DNA from: Planctomycetota bacterium
GTDB taxonomy: Bacteria > Planctomycetota > UBA1135 > UBA2386
NCBI GenBank assembly: GCA_046290465.1
Contig: JBKAGP010000001.1
Coordinates: 5,248,001-5,312,000 of the forward strand
Length of the DNA: 64,000 nt
Direction: 5' to 3'
The notes below the pieces were generated by a model, which worked only from the letters and a program-made list of their open reading frames with translations, was not told the DNA's origin and did not search any database. Positions 10,939 through 21,591 of this stretch are shown in pieces. A program made the position numbers and the translations under genes. The number at the start of each line of letters is the position of its first letter. Within the stretch, counting starts at the first letter, position 1.

Positions 10939-12470
10939 AACCGCTTGAACTCGCCGCCGTTCTCGCTGGCGAGCTGGCGCAGGAACGTCTCGTTCAGGTT
11001 CTTGCCGATCGCGATCGAGTGGATGGTGACGCGCTTGAGCGGGTTCCAGGCCCGCACCGCGACCAGGATCTTCTCGGTCGAGTCGAGGCTGCCGTCGGGC
11101 CTGGTGGGCGAGCCGTCGGTCAGCAGGAAGATCGTGTCGAGCTCGGTGCCGTAGTACTTGTCGTGCACGCCGCGGCCGGCGAGCCCGAAGCCCATCTCGA
11201 GCGAGTCGTGGATGTTGGTGCTCGACGCGTGCGTCAGGCCGCGCACGAACTCCTGCGCCTTCTCGACGTTGGCCGGCGACGCCGGCAGCATCTTCTCCTC
11301 CCAGAAGTGCGGCAGGTCGTTGTACCAGAGGATCGCGAACTTCTGGGTCGGCTGCAGCTTGCCGAGGCCGCGGATCAGTTCGGTCTTGCACGCCTCCATG
11401 CGGGTCGTGTCGCCGGTGCCGCCCTTGCGCTGGACCGGTGCGCGCATCGAACCGGAGCAGTCGATGACGTAGAGGATCGACTTGCTGTCGGCCTGCGGGA
11501 TGCCGAAGTAGTAGTTGTCGTTGGTCTTCTTGCGGTGGCTCGGCGTGCCCTGGCCGAGCTCGCGGCCGCTCGAACGGAACCCGATCTTCTCGGCCTTCCA
11601 CCACGCCGTCCACGCGCCGATGTTGTCGCCGTGCTGCTCGCCGGTGAGCACCTCGAGAGCGGCGGCGACGCGCAGCTTCATCTGGCCGGTGCTGCGCGAC
11701 AGCAGCGTGATCATCGGCCCGACCGCTTCGGGCACCGCGATCTTGGCGAGGGCGAGGGCGGCGCGTTCGGCCACCACGTCCTCCTTGCTCGACAGCAGCT
11801 TGATCACCGGCGTCGCGTGCACGCGCGCGGTCTCGCCGGCGAGCGCCATCGCGTCGAGCAGCACGACCTGCTCGGCCGGCTTCCGCGCGCGCGTGATCGC
11901 GGTCGCGAGCTCTTCGATCACCTCGTCCGATGCGCCGCCGATGGCGCGACCGGCGGCGAGGCGCAGCGGCAGGTCCGACTTCTTGCTGCCGGTGACCTTC
12001 TTGAGCAGGTAGAGCGCGCTGTCGCGACGCCGCAGGTCGGCGATGCGGTTGCCGAGCTGTTGCTGCAGGTCACGCAGCCCGTCGCACTGCTGGCGGAGCT
12101 CGGCGAGCAGCGGCTTGAGTTCGTTGAAGCGCTTGTGCTTGTTCTGCGGCAGCGTGCGGCGCGCGCTCGCTTCCTGGCCCTTGATCAGCTCTGCCATCTC
12201 GGCGCGATACTGGTTGCGCAGCTCGTCGAGCGCGGTCAGCTCCTCGGAGAGCCCGGCCCAGCCGGCGACCAGCGTCGCCGCGACCTTGCCCGAGTCGAGG
12301 CCCTCGGTCGCCTGCAGCGCGGCCTTCTTGTCCGCCAGCGGCGCGCCGGGCTTGTTGCCCTTGGGGGCGGCGAACGCCTTCTTGAACGTGGACAGAACGC
12401 GGGCTTCGTCCTGCGCCGGGAGGGACGCAGAGGCGAGCGCCAGCACGAGGATGGTCAGCGTGCGCAGCAT
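10935..12470 (-). CDS. Secreted HEAT-repeat + von Willebrand factor A domain protein
   Basis: Signal peptide MLRTLTILVLALASASLPAQ; HEAT repeats; MIDAS DCSGS and TIFLLTDG; ends LASENGGEFKRF. Confidence 0.85.
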   Translation of the reverse strand: MLRTLTILVLALASASLPAQDEARVLSTFKKAFAAPKGNKPGAPLADKKAALQATEGLDSGKVAATLVAGWAGLSEELTALDELRNQYRAEMAELIKGQEASARRTLPQNKHKRFNELKPLLAELRQQCDGLRDLQQQLGNRIADLRRRDSALYLLKKVTGSKKSDLPLRLAAGRAIGGASDEVIEELATAITRARKPAEQVVLLDAMALAGETARVHATPVIKLLSSKEDVVAERAALALAKIAVPEAVGPMITLLSRSTGQMKLRVAAALEVLTGEQHGDNIGAWTAWWKAEKIGFRSSGRELGQGTPSHRKKTNDNYYFGIPQADSKSILYVIDCSGSMRAPVQRKGGTGDTTRMEACKTELIRGLGKLQPTQKFAILWYNDLPHFWEEKMLPASPANVEKAQEFVRGLTHASSTNIHDSLEMGFGLAGRGVHDKYYGTELDTIFLLTDGSPTRPDGSLDSTEKILVAVRAWNPLKRVTIHSIAIGKNLNETFLRQLASENGGEFKRF

Positions 12471-12574
12471 CGGTGGGAGGGGGCGGCAGAAGAGTGTGCC
12501 GCCGGTGGGGGGCGGCGTGCAACCCCCGGACGCCGTCGGTCGCCGTGCTGGCCCGCACCGGGTCGGCGGCGCGC

Positions 12575-14077
12575 TCAGCGGGCCGGGCCGCGATCGGTGA
12601 TGTGCACCAGCCCGCGCAGCAGCACCAGGATCGGGATGATCTCGAGGCGTCCGATCCACATCACCGCGATCAGCGTGACTTCGACCGTGGTCGGCATGTC
12701 GTGCGACGTGATGCCCGCCGACAGCCCGACGTTGGCCTGCGCCGAGACGGCCTCGAAGATGACGGCGTCGAGGCCGAAGCCGCTCTCGGGGTCGAGGCTC
12801 GCAAGCATCACGAAGCCGGCGACCACCGCGATGCCGATCCACAGCGCCACGAACAGGGTGGCGCGCGCGACCATCCGGTTGGCCTCGTCGGCGCGCACCG
12901 TGTTGCGGTCGAAGTGGTAGGCGAGCACCTGGTCGGGGAGCTTGAGGAACCGGCGTACCTCCCAGCGCACTCCCTGCACGATCATCCACATCCGGTACTG
13001 CTTCATGCCGCCGCCGGTCGAGCCGGCGGCGGCACCGATCGACATGCCCGCGACCAGCAGCAGCAGCGCCAGCGTGCCGTCGCTGTCCGACGGCGCGACC
13101 GACAGGCCGGCGGTCGCGACCGCGGAGGACCACTGGAACAGCGTGCGTTCGAACAGCGCGACGCCGCCGTCGCTCGCGGTCGAGGTCCATGCAAACAGCG
13201 CCGCGCCTACGATCGTCACCGCCACCACGCCACGGGTCTGCAGGTCGCGCAGCGGTTCGCGCAGGTCGCGGTCGTGGATCATGCGGAAGTAGACGCCGAA
13301 GCTGACCGCTCCGGCGAGCATCACCGCGACCGCGACCAGCCTCGGCGCCCGGCCGTAGCTCGCGAAGCTGTCGTCGGTGACCGAGAAGCCGCCGGTCGAG
13401 ACCGCGGTCAGGCCGTGGTTGAGCGCGTGCCACCACGGCAGCCCGGCCAGCCACAGCGCGAGCACCGCCAGGATGCTCATCAAAAGGAACAGCTTCCAGA
13501 TCGCGCGGGCGGTCGCGCTGACCGTCGGCAGCAGCTTGCGCGAGCGGGCCTCGGAGTAGTAGAGACGGTAGAAGCCGCTCTTCGATTCGAGCACCGTCAG
13601 CATCAGCGCGATCACGCCGATGCCGCCGACCCACTGCGACAGCGTGCGCCACCAGAGCAGGCCGGTGGGCAGTTCGCTGGTCGTGGGGGCGACCGACAGG
13701 CCGGTGCCGGTGAAGCCCGAGAACGATTCGAACAGCGCGTGCAGTGGCCGCGCCAGTTCGCGCACGCTGGCGTTGGCGCCGTCGGTCGGCTGCAGCAGGA
13801 ACGGCAGCGCGCCGACCGCGGGGATCAGCAGCCAGGCGATCGCGGCGGTCAGCATCGCGTGGTGCATGCGGGTGGCGCCGCCGTTCCTGGTCAGCCAGTA
13901 GCCGAGCTGGCCGAGCGCCAGGGCGACGGCGGCGGCCACCGCGAGCCCCGGCGGGCTGGTGTCGTCGCCGGTCAGCCAGCAGACCGGCAGCGTCACCGCG
14001 GCCATCAGGGCCGGCACGTGCATCAGCAGCGAAACGTCGCGCACGACGATCGGCAGGCCGCGTTCGAATCCCCTCAT
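12575..14077 (-). CDS. trkH: TrkH family potassium uptake membrane protein
   Basis: Pore-loop motifs FESFSGFTGTG, STGGFS, ATAG and SAQANVGLS; WVGGIG; MWIGRLEI. Confidence 0.9.
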   Translation of the reverse strand: MRGFERGLPIVVRDVSLLMHVPALMAAVTLPVCWLTGDDTSPPGLAVAAAVALALGQLGYWLTRNGGATRMHHAMLTAAIAWLLIPAVGALPFLLQPTDGANASVRELARPLHALFESFSGFTGTGLSVAPTTSELPTGLLWWRTLSQWVGGIGVIALMLTVLESKSGFYRLYYSEARSRKLLPTVSATARAIWKLFLLMSILAVLALWLAGLPWWHALNHGLTAVSTGGFSVTDDSFASYGRAPRLVAVAVMLAGAVSFGVYFRMIHDRDLREPLRDLQTRGVVAVTIVGAALFAWTSTASDGGVALFERTLFQWSSAVATAGLSVAPSDSDGTLALLLLVAGMSIGAAAGSTGGGMKQYRMWMIVQGVRWEVRRFLKLPDQVLAYHFDRNTVRADEANRMVARATLFVALWIGIAVVAGFVMLASLDPESGFGLDAVIFEAVSAQANVGLSAGITSHDMPTTVEVTLIAVMWIGRLEIIPILVLLRGLVHITDRGPAR

Positions 14078-14490
14078 CGAGGCTGGTCGCGTTCGCGTTC
14101 GGCCAGCTTCAACAGGTGCCGCGCCACCAGTTCCTCGGGCTCGAGCATCACCCGGACGCCCAGGCGCTCGAACATCTCGCGGTGGCCCTTGTCATTGACG
14201 ACCGCGACCAGCGAGTCGATGCCGAGGTCGCGGGCCATCACGATCGCCATCAGGTTCTGGGCGTCGTCGCCGGTGGTCGCGATCAGCACGTCGGTCTCGG
14301 CGGCGCCCGCCTGGTCCATGATGTCGGCGTCCGTGATGCTGGCGTTGAGCACCAGCGCGTCGCAGCTCTCGGCGACCGGCTCCGCCGCCGACATCTCCGG
14401 CTCGATCACGACGACGGAGTGGCCTGCTTCGCAGCAGACCGCTGCGAGGCGCGCGCCGACGACGCCGGCTCCGACGACGATGATCTTCAT
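14074..14490 (-). CDS. trkA: TrkA-family NAD-binding (single RCK_N) regulatory subunit
   Basis: MKIIVVGAGVVG Rossmann motif; TGDDAQNL; 4-bp overlap with trkH; lacks RCK_C. Confidence 0.85.
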   Translation of the reverse strand: MKIIVVGAGVVGARLAAVCCEAGHSVVVIEPEMSAAEPVAESCDALVLNASITDADIMDQAGAAETDVLIATTGDDAQNLMAIVMARDLGIDSLVAVVNDKGHREMFERLGVRVMLEPEELVARHLLKLAERERDQPR

Positions 14491-14557
14491 GGCGGCCGAC
14501 CATAGCAGCGGCTCGGCGATGCAGATCGCGCATTCCGTGCAACGCGGAGGTGTCGCG

Positions 14558-14576
14558 GTTTGCAGAAGTTGCAAAC
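14558..14576. promoter_or_regulatory. Palindromic candidate activator binding site
   Basis: GTTTGCA-N5-TGCAAAC perfect inverted repeat in the trkA/BON divergent intergenic region. Confidence 0.45.
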
Positions 14577-14639
14577 GAGAGGGGGCGCGCGCGACGGCTG
14601 CCCGGGGAGCCCGCCCGGGAGCGCGCGGTTCCCCGATCC

Positions 14640-14655
14640 TGGCATGGTGGTTGCG
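14640..14655 (+). promoter_or_regulatory. Candidate sigma-54 (-24/-12) promoter for the BON gene
   Basis: TGGCATGGTGGTTGCG fits TGGCA-N6-TTGC (GG-N10-GC), about 130 bp before the ATG. Confidence 0.55.
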
Positions 14656-14783
14656 GCCTCTGCGGCATGCGTTGCACCACGCATCCAGACGTTCCGCTCG
14701 AGCTGGCTCCGAGTCGCGGACCGCCGCGTTCGTGAGCGCTCCGCTCGCATTCCCAGCAACCCCGACCCCGAAACGAATCCACC

Positions 14784-16427
14784 ATGAGCTTCGACAAGTT
14801 CCTCTCCCTCCGCCCCATCACCCTGACCGCAGCCGCCATCGCCGCGGCCGCCACAATGGCCCGCGCCCAGGACGCGCGACCTACCGACGCGCGCATCTCG
14901 GAAGCCGTCGAGAGCGAGGTCGCGACTGACACCAGCATCCCGGCGGCGCTGCTGTGGGTGACGACCGACGACGGCATCGTCCGGATGACCGGCATCAGCG
15001 ACGACGTGCGCGCCCGGGATCGCGCGGCGGCGATCGCACGGACCGTGCGCGGCGTGCGCGCGGTCGTCAACGACATCCAGGTGGTCCCGCCCGAGTCGGT
15101 CACCACCGCACAGCTGCAGCGCCACGTCGACGCGGCGATCGAGGCCGACGCCGTGACCGAGGCGTTCGAACTCGACGCACGGGTCGAGAACGGCGGCAAG
15201 GTCGTGCTGGCCGGCAAGACCCAGTCGTGGGCCGAGCGCCAGCTCGCGGCCGACGTGGTCAAGGGCGTCGACGGCGTGACCAGCGTGAGCAACCGCATCG
15301 AGGTGGACCCGCCGACGGTGCGCGACGACGAAGAACTCCGCGAGGAGGTCGTCGGCCGTCTGCGCTGGGACGTGCTCGTCGACCCGGCTGCGATCGAGGT
15401 CACGTGCGACAAGGGCGTGGTCACGCTCAAGGGCGCGGTCGGCAGTGCCGCCGAGCGCCTGCAGGCGATCCACGACGCCGAGGTGCTCGGGGTGCGGCGC
15501 GTCGAAGCCGACGAGCTGCAGGTCGCGGCCTGGGCGACCGACGACATGCAGCGACCGGCGCGCAACGTCGTGCGCACGCCGGAGCAGATCCAGAGCGCGC
15601 TCGGCGCGGCGTTCCGCTTCGACCCGCGCGTCGCGGCGTTCGCGATCGAGCCCGAGGTCGACGGCAGCCGGGTCACGCTGCGGGGCGCGGTCGGCACGCT
15701 GCAGGCGCGTCGTGCGGCCGAACAGGACGCGCACAACACGGTCGGCGTCGAGCGCGTCGTCAACCGCCTGCGCGTGGTGCCCGGCAAGCGGCGTCCACCC
15801 GAAGAGCTGGTCGCCGACGTCACCGCGGCGATCGCGCGCGCATCCGACCTCGACACCGATGACCTGGACGTGCAGGCGCGCAACGGCATCGTGCGCATCA
15901 CCGGCCGCGTCGACTCCAACGTCGAACGGGCGCGCGTCGACCACGTCGCCGCCGGCGTGCGCGGCGTGATCGACGTCGAGAACCGCCTTGCGGTGCGCGA
16001 CGACCGCGTCGTGCCGTTCTCGCCCTACGTCGACGCCTACCCCGTCTACGGCTTCCGCTGGTACGGGCCGCGACTCGTGCACGTGGTGCGCTCCGACGAG
16101 GAGATCGCGCGCCAGTTCGAGCTGGAGGCGTGGTGGAGTCCGTATGTGACGTCGACCCGCGTCACGGCGCTGGTCGAGGACGGGGTCGCCACGCTGCGCG
16201 GCAAGGTCGCGACGCGCCTGGAGCGCCAGGCGGCGATCGAGAACGCGTTCGACGCCGGCGCGGTCTGGGTGCTCGACCACACCAAGCTGGAGCCGAACGC
16301 CTGGGAGCAGGCCGGGGACGGCAGCGAGGAAGTTGACTCCGACGCAGGGGACTCCGACGAAGGGGACGAGAGGGCCGAGCGGGAAGATGCTTCCGGTGAG
16401 GCCGACGACGGCCGCGCGCCGAAGTAG
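14784..16427 (+). CDS. Periplasmic multi-BON domain protein (about 6 BON domains)
   Basis: Signal peptide; six repeats of GxVxLxG...A...GVxxVxNxLxV; acidic tail. Confidence 0.9.
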   Translation: MSFDKFLSLRPITLTAAAIAAAATMARAQDARPTDARISEAVESEVATDTSIPAALLWVTTDDGIVRMTGISDDVRARDRAAAIARTVRGVRAVVNDIQVVPPESVTTAQLQRHVDAAIEADAVTEAFELDARVENGGKVVLAGKTQSWAERQLAADVVKGVDGVTSVSNRIEVDPPTVRDDEELREEVVGRLRWDVLVDPAAIEVTCDKGVVTLKGAVGSAAERLQAIHDAEVLGVRRVEADELQVAAWATDDMQRPARNVVRTPEQIQSALGAAFRFDPRVAAFAIEPEVDGSRVTLRGAVGTLQARRAAEQDAHNTVGVERVVNRLRVVPGKRRPPEELVADVTAAIARASDLDTDDLDVQARNGIVRITGRVDSNVERARVDHVAAGVRGVIDVENRLAVRDDRVVPFSPYVDAYPVYGFRWYGPRLVHVVRSDEEIARQFELEAWWSPYVTSTRVTALVEDGVATLRGKVATRLERQAAIENAFDAGAVWVLDHTKLEPNAWEQAGDGSEEVDSDAGDSDEGDERAEREDASGEADDGRAPK

Positions 16428-16444
16428 TCGCGCCGCAGCTACGG

Positions 16445-18094
16445 TCAGCGCTTCGCGATGCCGGGCACCATCCCGGCGTCGCCGGTCAGCTGCCAGTGGA
16501 TCAGCGACACCGGGATGACCCCGCAGGCGTTGAGATCCGCGAAGAAGTCGCGCAGCGCGAACGGCTCGCCGAGCTGTTCGCGCTGCTGCGCGTAGGCGGC
16601 GAGCAGCCGTTCGATCAGGTATTTGCCGGTCACGTAGCTGGTGCCGTAGCCGGGTTGCCGCAGGTAGAGGTGCTGTTCGAACCGCAGCAGGTCCGGCTCG
16701 CGCTTCATCCAGCCGCGCGGCGTCCAGTCGACGTGGATCGTGCCGGCATCCGCCATCGTCATCTCGTTGGCGTGGGCGCGCAGGGAGCCGAGCCCGCGCG
16801 CTGCGCGCTGCGCCAGCATGATCCAGACGATCTCGCGTGAGCGCGGTCGATCGTCATAGAGACCGGCGTGCATGAACATCTCCTCGACGCCGGTCGCGAG
16901 GCCCTCGGCGCGGCTGTCGAAGATGTTGTAGAGCAGCGGGCGCCGCCGCAGCGGGCTCGCATGCGGCGTGTCGCGCATGCGCGCCAGGTCCCACCAGTGG
17001 TAGAAGTGCGTGTAGAGCGACACCGGGTCGAAGTGCATCGCGATGGCGAAGAAGTTGCGCTGCCCGGCCGGCACGAACGACCCCATGTGCGCGCGCAGCG
17101 CCGGCTCCATGTTGGCCGTGACCGGCATCACCTGTTGCTCGTCGACGAACCTGAGGATGCGGCGCACGCCCTCGTCGGCGCGCGCCGCGTATTCGGCGGG
17201 CGTCGCCGCCGCCTCGGCCACGGGCAGCGAACGGTTGCGGTGCTCTTCGAGCCGCAGGTTGGTCCACGCGCGGTCGAGTTCGCGCTGCAGCAGGCGCTGC
17301 TCGTCCTCCCACGTCATCGGCACCAGGTGCACGTTCTGCAGATACCACGTGTAGTCGTCCTTGCCGATGCCCGACGGGCCGGTCTTCGTCGGCGCCTGCT
17401 CATTGAGCCAGCCGACGAACGCCTGCGTCGCCTTCTGCGCCGCGGCCAGGGCCTGCTTCAGCGGCTCGCTGGCGTCGCCGCCGATCTGGCCGCCGAGCAT
17501 GCGCAGCGCGGTTGCCTGCTGGCGCATCGTGCGCGTGCCGGCGACCCAGAGGTCGCGCGCGTCGCCGGTCAGGTTGCCGCGCGCCTGCTCCAGCAGCGGC
17601 GGGATGGTCGCCAGCTCCTCGGTCAAGAGCTGCTGCTCGGCCGTCGACAGCGGGAAGTCGTAGGTCCAGACCTCGACCAGCGCGTGGTTGCACGGCCCTT
17701 CGTGCGCCGGCGTGTCGCTCTGGTAGGTCCACACCTGCTGGTAGAACGCCGGGTCGCGCTGCCACGGCCGCAGCACGCGGCAGTCGAAGTCGAAGCCGTT
17801 GAGTTCGGCGCGGCACAGGTGCCAGTCGACCTGTTGCGCCACCGGCCAGCCGGTCGGGTCGATCGCGTGCAGGCGATCGTGCAGCGTGCGCCAGCGTTCG
17901 TGCGCGGCGGCCATGCGCGCAGCGGTGTAGTCCGGGGCGCCGTCGCGCAGCGGCGGCTGCTCGAACGCGCGCCAGTCCTCGAACAGCTGCACCAGGTCGC
18001 GGTAGTCGTCGGAGCGCTTCGCGGGGACGGCGGCGCAGCCGCACAGCAGAGCGGCCGACGTCAGGAGCAGGGAGATGCGGAGACCGGCGGGCAT
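16445..18094 (-). CDS. DUF885-family lipoprotein
   Basis: Lipobox-like [34 protein letters not shown]...GVIPVSLI. Confidence 0.8.
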   Translation of the reverse strand: MPAGLRISLLLTSAALLCGCAAVPAKRSDDYRDLVQLFEDWRAFEQPPLRDGAPDYTAARMAAAHERWRTLHDRLHAIDPTGWPVAQQVDWHLCRAELNGFDFDCRVLRPWQRDPAFYQQVWTYQSDTPAHEGPCNHALVEVWTYDFPLSTAEQQLLTEELATIPPLLEQARGNLTGDARDLWVAGTRTMRQQATALRMLGGQIGGDASEPLKQALAAAQKATQAFVGWLNEQAPTKTGPSGIGKDDYTWYLQNVHLVPMTWEDEQRLLQRELDRAWTNLRLEEHRNRSLPVAEAAATPAEYAARADEGVRRILRFVDEQQVMPVTANMEPALRAHMGSFVPAGQRNFFAIAMHFDPVSLYTHFYHWWDLARMRDTPHASPLRRRPLLYNIFDSRAEGLATGVEEMFMHAGLYDDRPRSREIVWIMLAQRAARGLGSLRAHANEMTMADAGTIHVDWTPRGWMKREPDLLRFEQHLYLRQPGYGTSYVTGKYLIERLLAAYAQQREQLGEPFALRDFFADLNACGVIPVSLIHWQLTGDAGMVPGIAKR

Positions 18095-18126
18095 GCAGCC
18101 GTTCTAGCGAACCGGGCGCCGCACGC

Positions 18127-20313
18127 TCAGCGGGGCTTGTCCCGAAGGTGTCGCTCGAAGTGCGCGACCAGCTTGCCCAGCAGGTAGCGGGCGTAGTGGG
18201 GGCGACCGGTCCAGCCGTGCGTGGCCAGCGGCGCGAACGCGAAGTCGAAGTCCTTGCCGGCGCGCATCAGCGCTTCGGCCAGGTCGACCACCGTCTTGAA
18301 CGGCACGATCTGGTCCTGCATGCCGTGGATCAGCAGCAGCGGGTCCTCGAGGTTGGCGGCGTACTGCGCCGCGCCGCGCGTGAACACCTCGGGGTGGGTG
18401 TCCGGCCGGCGCACGATCGCGACGTCGTCGCCGCCGAAGAAGTGCGGGTCGACCGCGGCCGCGCAGGCGACGCCGGCGTCGAACAGGCCGGGCTTCTTCA
18501 GCAGCGAGTAGGCGGTCAGCGTGCCGCCGTAGCTGCTGCCCCAGATGCCGATGCCGTCCGGGTCCACGTACGGCAGGCTCTCCAGGTAGGCGACGGCGCT
18601 GGCGAGGTCCTCGAGGTCGCGGCCGGCGAAGTCGCCGAGGAACTGCTCGCGGAACGCGCGGCCGTAGCCGGTGCTGCCGCGCACGTCGACCTGCACGACG
18701 AGGAAGCCCTTCTGCACCAGCAGCTGCTGCAGCAGCCCGTAGCGGCCGCCCCAGCGGTTGCGCACGGTGTTGGAGTAGACCGGGCCGAAGATCACCGGAT
18801 GCCGCCGCGCGCGGTCGAGGCCGACCGGCTCGAAGATCTTCGCGTGCAGCGTCGCGTCGTCGCTGAGGCTCGGGAACGTCACGTAGCGCGGCTCGCTCCA
18901 GCTCCGCTCGGCGAACGACGCCGGCGTCGACGTCGTCATCCGGACCTCCTTGCCGCCGGGCTCGGTCTGCAGGTAGAGCTCCGGCGGCTGCGTGTCGCTG
19001 CTGCGCAGGAACGCGAGCATGCGGCCGTTCGGCGACGGGGAGGCGCGGTGCTCGCCAGGCTGCCGCGTCCACTTCTGGATGTCACCGGTCAGCGTCGTGC
19101 TGCAGATCTGGCGGTCGTACGGGCTCGACCAGTTCGACTCGTAGAAGATCGCGCCGCTGTCGGTGACGGTCAGGCCACCGAGCACGTCGGAGTCGGGGTC
19201 GGTCAGCAGGCGCGGCTTCGGGTCGTCGACGTCGAGCGCGTAGAGGCCGTAGCGATCGCCGAGGTCCGACAGCACGATCACGTGCTCGCCGTCCGGGTGC
19301 CACGCCGAGTCGCAGGTCGTGTAGACGCGGCTCTCGCGGCGATGGCGCCACAGCAGTCGCGGCTGGTCCTGGCCCTTCTCGAGCACGAACAGGGACCGCT
19401 CGACCGCGGTGTCCGACTCGCAGTCGATCAGCAGGTCGCCCTGCCTGGACCAGCTCAGCGCGGCGATGCGCGTCTCGGCCGGCTCGGGCAGGTCGAGCAT
19501 CTTGAGCGCGCCGGTCGCGACGTCGAGCACGCCGACGCGACGGCTCTCGTTGGGGTCGCCCGGATAGCTGCGGCGCACGGGGTTGGGGTCGGTCTCCTCG
19601 CCGAGGTAGTTCGGGAACGGCACCTGCCGGACGTTGGTCCGGTCGACCATGTGCACCGCGATCCGCGCGCCGTTCGGGGCCCACACGTAGGTCGGGCCGC
19701 CCCAGATGTACGAGCCGACCTCGACCTCGTTGCGGCGGTAGCGCCCCGCTCGGACCTTGGACAGCGGTGCGCGTCCAACGTCGGTGAGTTGGCGCGTCTG
19801 CTTGCTGCGCAGATCGGTGACCCACAGGTCGCCGTCCTTGCGGAACGCGAGGTGGCTCTGGTCGGGGGAGAAGCGCACGTCGGACGCGCCGCGCGGGATC
19901 GGCGCGAGCTCCGTCTTGGCGTCGCCTTCGAAGCTCATCGCCAAGGCACTGGAGCTACCCGTGTAGTAGATGGCGGCGCCGTCGTCGCTCCAGGTCACGG
20001 CGCCGACGCCGTTCTCCGTGATCGACCCGATCGGAGGGGCTTCGGGCGTGCTGCCAGGCTCGGGCAGGATCCACAGCCTCGACCGTCCGCCGTCCGGCCC
20101 GGCCCATCGGAACAAGAACCGATGGCTCTGCGGATCCCACCCGACCAGCGACGGCGACGAGCCGGTGACCGCGCGGCTCGCGAGCACGTCGTCGAGGGTC
20201 AGCGTCGGTCCGTCCGGTCCGTTCCCAACGGCGCGGGCGTCGGCGTCAATAGGCGGGGAGAACGTGCAGCCGCTCGCGAGAAGCGTTGCCAGGAGGGCGC
20301 CGGCGGTTCGCAT
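18127..20313 (-). CDS. S9 family peptidase (dipeptidyl peptidase IV-like) lipoprotein
   Basis: LASGC lipobox; DPPIV N-terminal propeller; GIWGSSYGG nucleophile, HGMQD and H of the catalytic triad. Confidence 0.9.
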   Translation of the reverse strand: MRTAGALLATLLASGCTFSPPIDADARAVGNGPDGPTLTLDDVLASRAVTGSSPSLVGWDPQSHRFLFRWAGPDGGRSRLWILPEPGSTPEAPPIGSITENGVGAVTWSDDGAAIYYTGSSSALAMSFEGDAKTELAPIPRGASDVRFSPDQSHLAFRKDGDLWVTDLRSKQTRQLTDVGRAPLSKVRAGRYRRNEVEVGSYIWGGPTYVWAPNGARIAVHMVDRTNVRQVPFPNYLGEETDPNPVRRSYPGDPNESRRVGVLDVATGALKMLDLPEPAETRIAALSWSRQGDLLIDCESDTAVERSLFVLEKGQDQPRLLWRHRRESRVYTTCDSAWHPDGEHVIVLSDLGDRYGLYALDVDDPKPRLLTDPDSDVLGGLTVTDSGAIFYESNWSSPYDRQICSTTLTGDIQKWTRQPGEHRASPSPNGRMLAFLRSSDTQPPELYLQTEPGGKEVRMTTSTPASFAERSWSEPRYVTFPSLSDDATLHAKIFEPVGLDRARRHPVIFGPVYSNTVRNRWGGRYGLLQQLLVQKGFLVVQVDVRGSTGYGRAFREQFLGDFAGRDLEDLASAVAYLESLPYVDPDGIGIWGSSYGGTLTAYSLLKKPGLFDAGVACAAAVDPHFFGGDDVAIVRRPDTHPEVFTRGAAQYAANLEDPLLLIHGMQDQIVPFKTVVDLAEALMRAGKDFDFAFAPLATHGWTGRPHYARYLLGKLVAHFERHLRDKPR

Positions 20314-20368
20314 GGGCGGGTGCTATCCGACCGCCTGCCGGCGCGTCAAGGCATCGCGCCTGCGCGCG

Positions 20369-20455
20369 CTAGGAGCGCGTCCATGTAGTGGACGCGCTGC
20401 CGACCGTGATCGCGGAAGCGGCGTGTACGCGTGCGGACGGGGCTTTGCCCCCTAG
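20369..20455. mobile_element. 87-bp CTAG-flanked MITE-like repeat, copy 1
   Basis: 84/87 identical to 25623-25709; CTAG at both ends; 10-bp hairpin AGCGCGTCCA-TGTAG-TGGACGCGCT. Confidence 0.7.
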
Positions 20456-21591
20456 GCGTCGTCGTCCGCGGTCGGCGTCGTCATCGCCGTGACGCTGACG
20501 CCGCCGTGCCGGGTCGTGAACGCCGGCTCGAGCGGCATGCCGGTGCGGCGCGCGAGCCGCACGTCGTGCGCGAGGATCGCGGCGCGCCAGCCCTCGCCGA
20601 GGTTGCGCGCACGGTGGCCGAGCGTCTGGTAGAGCGGCAGCAGCGGGTTCTTGCCCTTGACGCGCATGCCGTAGGGCGGGTTGGTCGCGAGCACGCCGCG
20701 CTCCGGTGCGCCGTCCGGCTGCAGCCACGGCTGCGCCGCGAGCGCGTGCACGCCGGCGTCGAGGTAGTCGGCCACGCCCGCACGTTCGGCGTTGGCGCGG
20801 GTCGCGCCGACCGCGCCTTCGTCGCGGTCGCTGCAGGCGATCTGCGGCATGTCGTCGTTGGGCTGGACCTCGTCGAGCAGGCGCTGCCAGACGTCGTGCT
20901 CGAAGCGCGCGCTGTGCTGCATCGCCGGCGCGCGGTGGCGGCCCGGTGGCACGCAGCGCGCGATCGACGCGGCTTCGATCGCGATCGTGCCCGAACCGCA
21001 GAACGGGTCGAGCAGCGCCTCGCCCGGCGCGAAGCCGCTGGCCAGCACCAGCGCGTGCGCGAGGTCCTCGCGCAGCGGCGCCTTGCGGCCGTCGAGGCGG
21101 TAGCCGCGGCGGTGTAGCGGCGTCGAGGTCGCGTCGAGCGAGATCGTGCAGGTGTCGTTGACGAAGCGCACGTGCAGCGGGGCGACCACGTCGTCGCCGC
21201 GGCGTGCCAGCCGCGGCTCCTGCCCGAATGCGCGGCCGATGGCGTTGTAGATGCGCTCCTCGATCGCGCCGGTGTGGTAGACGCGCGAGCGCTTCGAGGT
21301 CGCGGTCAGTTCGAGCGGCACGCGCGGCACCAGCCAGTCGCGCCACGAGAACTCGGCCGCCTTGCGCTCGAGTTCGCCGAGCGCGCGGCAGCGGAAGCGC
21401 GCCAGACGGATGCGGACGTGGCTGGCGGTGCCGAGCCACAGGCAGCTGCGCAGCAGCACCTCGAGGTCGCCGCCGAACGTCGCGCCGCCGGGCACGGTCT
21501 CGGCCTGGATGTCGAGCGCTTCGAGTTCGGCGAGCAGGAAGGGTTCGAGGCCCGGCTGGCAGGCGGCGAACAGGGGCAGGTCTTGGGTCAC
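20452..21591 (-). CDS. THUMP-domain RNA methyltransferase (RlmL/RlmK N-terminal-like)
   Basis: LHRRGYR...APLREDLA, LLDPFCGSGTIAIEAA and TNPPYG motifs; GTG start overlaps the upstream stop. Confidence 0.85.
   Translation of the reverse strand: MTQDLPLFAACQPGLEPFLLAELEALDIQAETVPGGATFGGDLEVLLRSCLWLGTASHVRIRLARFRCRALGELERKAAEFSWRDWLVPRVPLELTATSKRSRVYHTGAIEERIYNAIGRAFGQEPRLARRGDDVVAPLHVRFVNDTCTISLDATSTPLHRRGYRLDGRKAPLREDLAHALVLASGFAPGEALLDPFCGSGTIAIEAASIARCVPPGRHRAPAMQHSARFEHDVWQRLLDEVQPNDDMPQIACSDRDEGAVGATRANAERAGVADYLDAGVHALAAQPWLQPDGAPERGVLATNPPYGMRVKGKNPLLPLYQTLGHRARNLGEGWRAAILAHDVRLARRTGMPLEPAFTTRHGGVSVTAMTTPTADDDA

Noticed and set aside
10935..13652. 905-aa VWA ORF and similar N-terminally over-extended ORFs (20452-23244, 22969-25626, 44384-45985, 50024-52084)
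   Set aside because: The extensions overlap other real genes; true starts were placed at signal peptides or family N-termini.
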